From Desulfocapsa sulfexigens DSM 10523 (GTDB lineage: Bacteria; Desulfobacterota; Desulfobulbia; Desulfobulbales; Desulfocapsaceae), in contig NC_020304.1 of assembly GCF_000341395.1 (NCBI RefSeq), positions 3,450,001 to 3,482,000 of the forward strand: DNA of 32,000 nucleotides, written 5' to 3'. Of this stretch, positions 27,153 through 32,000 are shown in pieces. The first letter of the stretch is position 1, and every line of letters starts with the position of its first letter. The notes under the pieces are model-generated. The model was not told the origin of the DNA and ran no database searches. It worked only from the letters and a program-made list of their open reading frames with translations. The position numbers and the translations under genes were made by a program.

Positions 27153-28847
27153 GTGAAAAATGAGAGGACTTTATCTGGCAATGCACTGCAAAAGCCTGTA
27201 TACATACAGGGTTTATATTTATTAATTCTTTGTATTTACTCTACCTCCCGACCATACGTGAAAAAAGAAGCAAAACAGAGTGGAAAAATCGCCCGATCTG
27301 CCGGAACCGTGTCCATTGCAGTTATGTGCAGTCGAGTACTCGGACTTGTCAGAGAGCAGATTTTTGCCGGAATGTTTGGCGCAGGATTCGCCTACGATGC
27401 CTTTGTGGTCGCCTTCCGCATACCAAATCTCCTGCGTGATCTTTTTGCAGAGGGAGCATTGTCTGCTGCTTTTATTACGGTTTTCACTGATTATGACACA
27501 AACCGTTCCAAGCAGGAAACATGGCAGCTTGCTTCAAACGTTCTCGTCTTTTTCGCCATACTTCTTTCTGCCATCACTCTTCTGGGAATTTACTTTTCCG
27601 AACCTCTGGTAAACCTTCTTGCCTCGGATTTTTCAACAGTTACTGGAAAGCAAGAACTCACCATCCTCCTTACCAGAATCATGCTCCCCTTCCTCGTTTT
27701 TATTTCACTCGCTGCTGTAGTGATGGGGATACTGAACTCCAGAGGGAAATTTTTCATTCCTGCCATGGCTTCCGCCTTCTTCAATCTTGGTTCCATCGTT
27801 GGTGGCGTGAGTCTCGCATTTATTCTTCCAAAATTTGGTCAACCTGCAATTGTTGGAATGGCCATCGGAACACTTCTTGGTGGTTTGTTACAACTTTCTA
27901 TCCAGTTTCCTGCCCTGCTGAAATGCGGTTTCCGGTTTACTCCACGGCTTCCCTTTAAAGACCCCGGCCTTAAACGGATTATCACCCTGATGATTCCTGC
28001 TGTTATTGGCCTTTCCCCCACCCAGATTAATATCTTTATCAATACCAACTTTGCCTCCTCCTGCGTTGAAGGATCGGTTTCCTGGCTTAACTACGCATTT
28101 CGCCTGGTACAGCTTCCTATTGGAATTTTTGGAGTGGCACTCTCCATTGCCGCAATGCCCGTTCTTGCAAGACATGCCGCAAAGAAGGACATCGGCGGGA
28201 TGAAGGAAACCATGGTATCTTCGCTGACCATGGTCTTTGGCCTTACTATCCCGGCTTCCATTGGTCTTATGATGCTTGCTCAACCAATAATTCACATTAT
28301 CTTTGAAAGAGGTGCTTTTACAGCTTTTGATACGATAGCCACCGCTAATACCCTCACATTGTACGCTGTCGGACTTTTTGCTTATTCCTCAAACAAAATT
28401 CTCGTTCCGGTTTTTTATGCCTTGGAAGACACAAAATACCCACTTATTGCATCATTTATTGCGGTGGGTGCAAACCTGCTCATTATCAACCTGACCATAG
28501 ACTCCTACCAACATCTGGCAATTGCCCTTTCAACATCCTGTTCAATGATTCTTAATTTCTTCTTTTTAAGTGTGGTTCTTTACCTGAAAACAGGAGGATA
28601 TTCTGTAGGCTATCTCATAAAGGCGTTAGGGAAAATCATTGTTGCCGGAACCGTAATGGCCGGCTTTCTCCACTGGAGCAGAAGCCTTTTCACAACACAG
28701 TTAAATGGCTCATTTCTTCAGGCATCTTTTGTCCTCCTTATACTTATTATTGTTGCCGCTTCACTGTACGGCCTTCTCCTTCACCTCATGAAGCTGCGGG
28801 AACTCACGTCTGTAACAAGTAAAATATACGAAAAATTCGGACGATAA
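27153..28847 (+). CDS. murJ: Lipid II flippase MurJ (MviN)
   Basis: 564 aa. IAVMCSRVLGLVREQIFAGMFGAGFAYDAFVVAFRIPNLLRDLFAEGALSAAFITVF; multiple TM helices; INTNFASSCVEGSVSWLNYAFRLVQLPIGIFGVALSIAAMPVLARHAA. The true start may be further downstream than the ORF-track start. Confidence 0.95.
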   Translation: MKNERTLSGNALQKPVYIQGLYLLILCIYSTSRPYVKKEAKQSGKIARSAGTVSIAVMCSRVLGLVREQIFAGMFGAGFAYDAFVVAFRIPNLLRDLFAEGALSAAFITVFTDYDTNRSKQETWQLASNVLVFFAILLSAITLLGIYFSEPLVNLLASDFSTVTGKQELTILLTRIMLPFLVFISLAAVVMGILNSRGKFFIPAMASAFFNLGSIVGGVSLAFILPKFGQPAIVGMAIGTLLGGLLQLSIQFPALLKCGFRFTPRLPFKDPGLKRIITLMIPAVIGLSPTQINIFINTNFASSCVEGSVSWLNYAFRLVQLPIGIFGVALSIAAMPVLARHAAKKDIGGMKETMVSSLTMVFGLTIPASIGLMMLAQPIIHIIFERGAFTAFDTIATANTLTLYAVGLFAYSSNKILVPVFYALEDTKYPLIASFIAVGANLLIINLTIDSYQHLAIALSTSCSMILNFFFLSVVLYLKTGGYSVGYLIKALGKIIVAGTVMAGFLHWSRSLFTTQLNGSFLQASFVLLILIIVAASLYGLLLHLMKLRELTSVTSKIYEKFGR

Positions 28848-29033
28848 ATAGTTCTGCTTCTTTCTAAAAGAGTAAAATAGCACTTGCTTTATTCGTTATA
28901 CACCCTAGAGTAGAGCCTGAGCTAGAGATTCAACTCAATCTCATGAAAACCCCGTAACCGCTGTGCACCCTTCCTGGTTAGGATTCCGCAGTTTTTTCTA
29001 TTTCAGAGTATCGTTAATCAGGATAAAAATATT

Positions 29034-30749
29034 ATGAAAACTTTTAAAGAATTAGGCATTGATGAAAACATCCTGAAGGGTCTTGAAGCTCTAGGATTTG
29101 AAACTCCCACAGCTGTCCAGGAACAGGTAATCCCACTGATGATTGAAAAACAGGTCGATCTTGTCAGCCTGGCTCAGACTGGAACAGGAAAGACAGCAGC
29201 TTTTGGAATTCCCCTGATCCAGTGGACCAATCCTTCAAAACGGCACACTCAGAGTCTTGTCCTGTGTCCCACCCGGGAACTCTGCATTCAAGTCGCCAAA
29301 GACCTTGAATCATTCTCAAAATTCGTACCCAAAATAAACATTCTTGCCGTCTATGGCGGTGCCCGTATTGACCAGCAGATAAACAGCCTTCAAAAGGGTG
29401 TTCAAATTATTATCGCAACACCGGGCCGCCTTAAGGATCTCCTTAACCGCAAGGCCGTTAATCTTTCTAAGATTAATTATGTGGTTTTTGATGAAGCTGA
29501 TGAAATGCTGCAGATGGGGTTCCAGGATGAGCTTACAGCTATCCTCGCTCACACTCCGAAGGAAAAAAACACCCTTCTTTTCTCTGCAACCATGCCACAA
29601 GAAGTCGCCAGGATTTCACAGAAATATATGTCAAATCCCATTGAACTCACGATTGGTACCAAGAATGCCGGTGCTGAAAATGTTCGTCACGAATTTTATC
29701 TGGTTCACCCCAAAAATCGCTACCTGGCTTTAAAACGGATTGTCGATAATTCACCCGACATTTATTCTATTGTTTTCTGTAGAACCCGTAAAGAAACCAA
29801 TGATATTGCTCATAAATTAATCCAGGATGGTTACAATGCGGATGCGTTACATGGGGATCTCTCTCAGGCCCAGCGTGATCAGGTCATGGGTAGATTTCGC
29901 TGTAGAAACATTCAGATCCTTGTAGCAACGGATGTTGCGGCAAGGGGTCTTGATGTGAACGACCTCACCCATGTGGTCAACTATAACCTGCCCGATGAAA
30001 CATCGGGATACACCCATCGCAGTGGCCGAACAGGAAGAGCCGGGCGCAAAGGGATATCCATCGCCATCATCGCTTCAAATGAACAGTACCGCCTTCGATT
30101 GATCGAAAATAAAATACAGAAAAAATTTATTCAGTGCAGAATCCCGACTGGAGAGGAAATCTGCAGAAAACAATTAATCAACCAGATCGATACCGTCATG
30201 GATGTAAAGGTAAACCATGACCAGATTGCGCCTTTGTATGAAGAAATTGCTGAGAAACTAGCCCACCTCGATCGTGAAGCCCTGATTAAACAATTTGTTT
30301 CACTCGAATTCAACCGCTTTCTCGAATACTACAAAAATGCAACCGATTTGAATATTAGTTCAACCCAAAAAGACGGTCGAGGCAGAACGGAAAGAGCTCC
30401 TGGAGAATTACAGAAGGACCTACTGCACCCCAAAAACAAATTCACCACTTTCAGTATAAATGTTGGGAGGCGCCAGGGTATAATGCCACAGGGGGTGATT
30501 GGGAAAATAAATGCAATTCAGGATGTTGGTAGGATAAAGATTGGAAAGATAGAAATATTGAGAAACTCAGCGACCATTGAAGCGGACAGTCGTTACACCG
30601 CTCAGATACTCGCAGCCTTTCAGCGTTCTGAAATAAACGGAAAGACGATCTCTATAGAAATCACAAAATCCAAAGGTCCTTCAAAAGCCTATGCAGGAAA
30701 ACGTAAGGGCAATTTTCACCGTAGAGAGCGAAAGCCACAAGCCGCCTAA
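29034..30749 (+). CDS. DEAD-box ATP-dependent RNA helicase (DeaD/CsdA-like) with DbpA-type RNA-binding C-terminus
   Basis: 571 aa. LAQTGTGKTAAFGIPL, IIIATPGRLKDLL, VVFDEADEMLQMGF, LFSATMPQEV, VATDVAARGLDVNDLTHVVNY, YTHRSGRTGRAGRKG. C-terminal GVIGKINAIQDVGRIKIGKIEILRNSATIEA. Confidence 0.95.
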   Translation: MKTFKELGIDENILKGLEALGFETPTAVQEQVIPLMIEKQVDLVSLAQTGTGKTAAFGIPLIQWTNPSKRHTQSLVLCPTRELCIQVAKDLESFSKFVPKINILAVYGGARIDQQINSLQKGVQIIIATPGRLKDLLNRKAVNLSKINYVVFDEADEMLQMGFQDELTAILAHTPKEKNTLLFSATMPQEVARISQKYMSNPIELTIGTKNAGAENVRHEFYLVHPKNRYLALKRIVDNSPDIYSIVFCRTRKETNDIAHKLIQDGYNADALHGDLSQAQRDQVMGRFRCRNIQILVATDVAARGLDVNDLTHVVNYNLPDETSGYTHRSGRTGRAGRKGISIAIIASNEQYRLRLIENKIQKKFIQCRIPTGEEICRKQLINQIDTVMDVKVNHDQIAPLYEEIAEKLAHLDREALIKQFVSLEFNRFLEYYKNATDLNISSTQKDGRGRTERAPGELQKDLLHPKNKFTTFSINVGRRQGIMPQGVIGKINAIQDVGRIKIGKIEILRNSATIEADSRYTAQILAAFQRSEINGKTISIEITKSKGPSKAYAGKRKGNFHRRERKPQAA

Positions 30750-30768
30750 GCATTCAGCGACAGAGAAT

Positions 30769-30807
30769 CTGCAACAGGGTTCACCAACCACTTGATCCCT
30801 GTTGCAG
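30769..30807. terminator. Rho-independent-type hairpin between convergent genes
   Basis: Perfect 11-bp inverted repeat CTGCAACAGGG (30769-30779) / CCCTGTTGCAG (30797-30807) with 17-nt loop, in the 72-bp gap between convergent stop codons. Followed by TAAAAACTCTGCTTTT on the plus strand. Confidence 0.7.
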
Positions 30808-30821
30808 TAAAAACTCTGCTT

Positions 30822-31127
30822 TTATGACTCCCTGGATTTTAGAGCCTCACGTAGCTCCGCTATCTCTTGTTTCAGCACATTCATTTCACTTTTTTTGGCA
30901 AGATCCATTTTTTTCAGAATTTCCTCTACTTTTTCCCCTATCTGTTTCTGGAGTTCCTGTCGTGACTCTTCGGAGCGAGTGACAAGGTCTTTGACCAGAT
31001 CCTTCCCTTCCTGTTCCGTCATTTTTCCTTTTTCAACAAAATCCTTGGCAACTTCTTCCAGTTTCTCTTTGGTTAGGGCAGCTACCCCGACACCTGCCAA
31101 TAATGTTTTCTTTACCAATTCAATCAT
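30822..31127 (-). CDS. Small coiled-coil protein, possible phasin/PhaF-like granule-associated protein
   Basis: Start chosen at 31127 because AAGGAG precedes ATG. MIELVKKTLLAGVGVAALTKEKLEEVAKDFVEKGKMTEQEGKDLVKDLVTRSEESRQELQKQIGEKVEEILKKMDLAKKSEMNVLKQEIAELREALKS. Start overlaps the dus stop. Confidence 0.55.
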   Translation of the reverse strand: MIELVKKTLLAGVGVAALTKEKLEEVAKDFVEKGKMTEQEGKDLVKDLVTRSEESRQELQKQIGEKVEEILKKMDLAKKSEMNVLKQEIAELREALKSRES

Positions 31128-32000
31128 TCCCTTCTCCTTTAACGGTTTCAAAAAACTTTGCTGCGATTTCGGCCGCCTCGACAACAGATCTGCAGTTCTG
31201 CACTCCTGTGGCCAAGTGATGGCCGAAGGAAAAATTTGAACTATAATAATGAGTAAACTGTTTTAAACGCCCGAGACACCGTTCCGGTAAAAAACGATCC
31301 TGCAACAACTCAATAAAACGAAAATATATATTTTTTACATTGTGTTCAGTTGAGATATTAAAATTGTATACCTCTTTGGCGATATTTGCAAACAGCCAGG
31401 GCCTGCATACTGCCCCCCTGCCTATCATCAGTCCATCTGCACCCGACTGTTCCAGACAGTTTCTGGCATCATTGACAGAAAAGATCCCTCCATTTGCAAT
31501 CACAGGTATTTTTACTGTTTTCTTTACCTTTCCAATCCAATCCCAACGTGGTCGTCTGCAAAACTTCTCTCCCTGCAAACGTCCATGAACCGTTAACAGA
31601 TCAACACCTTCGGCCTCAAGCATTTGACAAAATCGCAACAATCTCTTTTCATCCAGCTGTGCTCCAAGCCGTATTTTCGCACTGATGGGAAGATGGGTAA
31701 CTGCCCTTAGAGAACGTACGGTCTGCTGAGCAACATCGGGAGGCGTGAAGGAGCCAGCCCCTAATTTGCGGAGGGCAGGAGCGGGACACCCTAAATTTAA
31801 ATCAATCCCTTGAGCATTGAGGAGATGAAGCCTCTCCACTGCAGGAACTATGTCCTGATCTGGTCCTGCAAATATCTGATAAAAAAAAGGGGTCTCTTCT
31901 TGAGTACGGCATAGAAATGGAGAGACTGTTTCATTCTCGAAAGGAAGTCTTTGAACCGAAAGCATTTCACTGAAAAACAGGCCAATTCCACCTAACTCCA
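31120..32000 (-). CDS. tRNA-dihydrouridine synthase (truncated by window edge)
   Basis: The ORF track starts at Met 31965, but the frame stays open to the edge (ELGGIGLFFSEMLSVQRL...). IDLNLGCPAPALRKLGAGS, PISAKIRLG, LLTVHGRLQGEKF, IPVIANGGIFSVNDARNCLEQSGADGLMIGRGA. Confidence 0.93.
   Translation of the reverse strand, partial: ELGGIGLFFSEMLSVQRLPFENETVSPFLCRTQEETPFFYQIFAGPDQDIVPAVERLHLLNAQGIDLNLGCPAPALRKLGAGSFTPPDVAQQTVRSLRAVTHLPISAKIRLGAQLDEKRLLRFCQMLEAEGVDLLTVHGRLQGEKFCRRPRWDWIGKVKKTVKIPVIANGGIFSVNDARNCLEQSGADGLMIGRGAVCRPWLFANIAKEVYNFNISTEHNVKNIYFRFIELLQDRFLPERCLGRLKQFTHYYSSNFSFGHHLATGVQNCRSVVEAAEIAAKFFETVKGEGND

Noticed and set aside
27888-28295. 135-aa minus-strand ORF antisense to murJ
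   Set aside because: Overlaps unambiguous MurJ coding and has no recognisable motif.
1-32000. CRISPR array, rRNA/tRNA genes, toxin-antitoxin, restriction-modification or other defence system, prophage
   Set aside because: Reading both strands by eye showed no regularly spaced direct repeats, no recognised RNA-gene sequence and no defence or phage protein motifs. tRNAscan-SE, CRISPRCasFinder and DefenseFinder would be the decisive checks.

Overview
The window looks like a chromosomal segment from a Gram-negative, flagellated bacterium. A sulfate-reducing Desulfobulbales-like host is a guess from gene content. The left half is a flagellar and flagellin-glycosylation region. On the minus strand it has fliD (truncated at the left edge), flaG and a large flagellin with an expanded, internally repeated central region. 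On the plus strand follows a 1103-aa protein that appears to fuse an alpha/beta-hydrolase (DUF2920-like) to a Maf/DUF115 flagellin glycosyltransferase. Next is a minus-strand nonulosonic-acid operon, neuB-neuC-neuA plus a polysaccharide pyruvyl transferase-like gene. A largely non-coding gap of about 1.3 kb contains a probable transposase remnant and a strong imperfect palindrome. After it come two tandem PilZ-domain genes, a FliK-like gene and a stand-alone FlhB C-terminal-domain gene. The right half is mostly housekeeping: zinc metallopeptidase, leucyl aminopeptidase, CNNM/CorC-type transporter, HtrA-like protease, MgtE, TPR-methyltransferase, DUF2065, PurM, MogA/MoaB, EF-G-like GTPase, MurJ, DEAD-box helicase, a small coiled-coil protein and Dus (truncated at the right edge). 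The best candidate for something under-described is the hydrolase-Maf fusion next to the unusual flagellin and the nonulosonate/pyruvyltransferase genes. I saw no CRISPR array, rRNA or tRNA gene, or recognisable defence system. All family calls are by eye from protein motifs; no database search was run.
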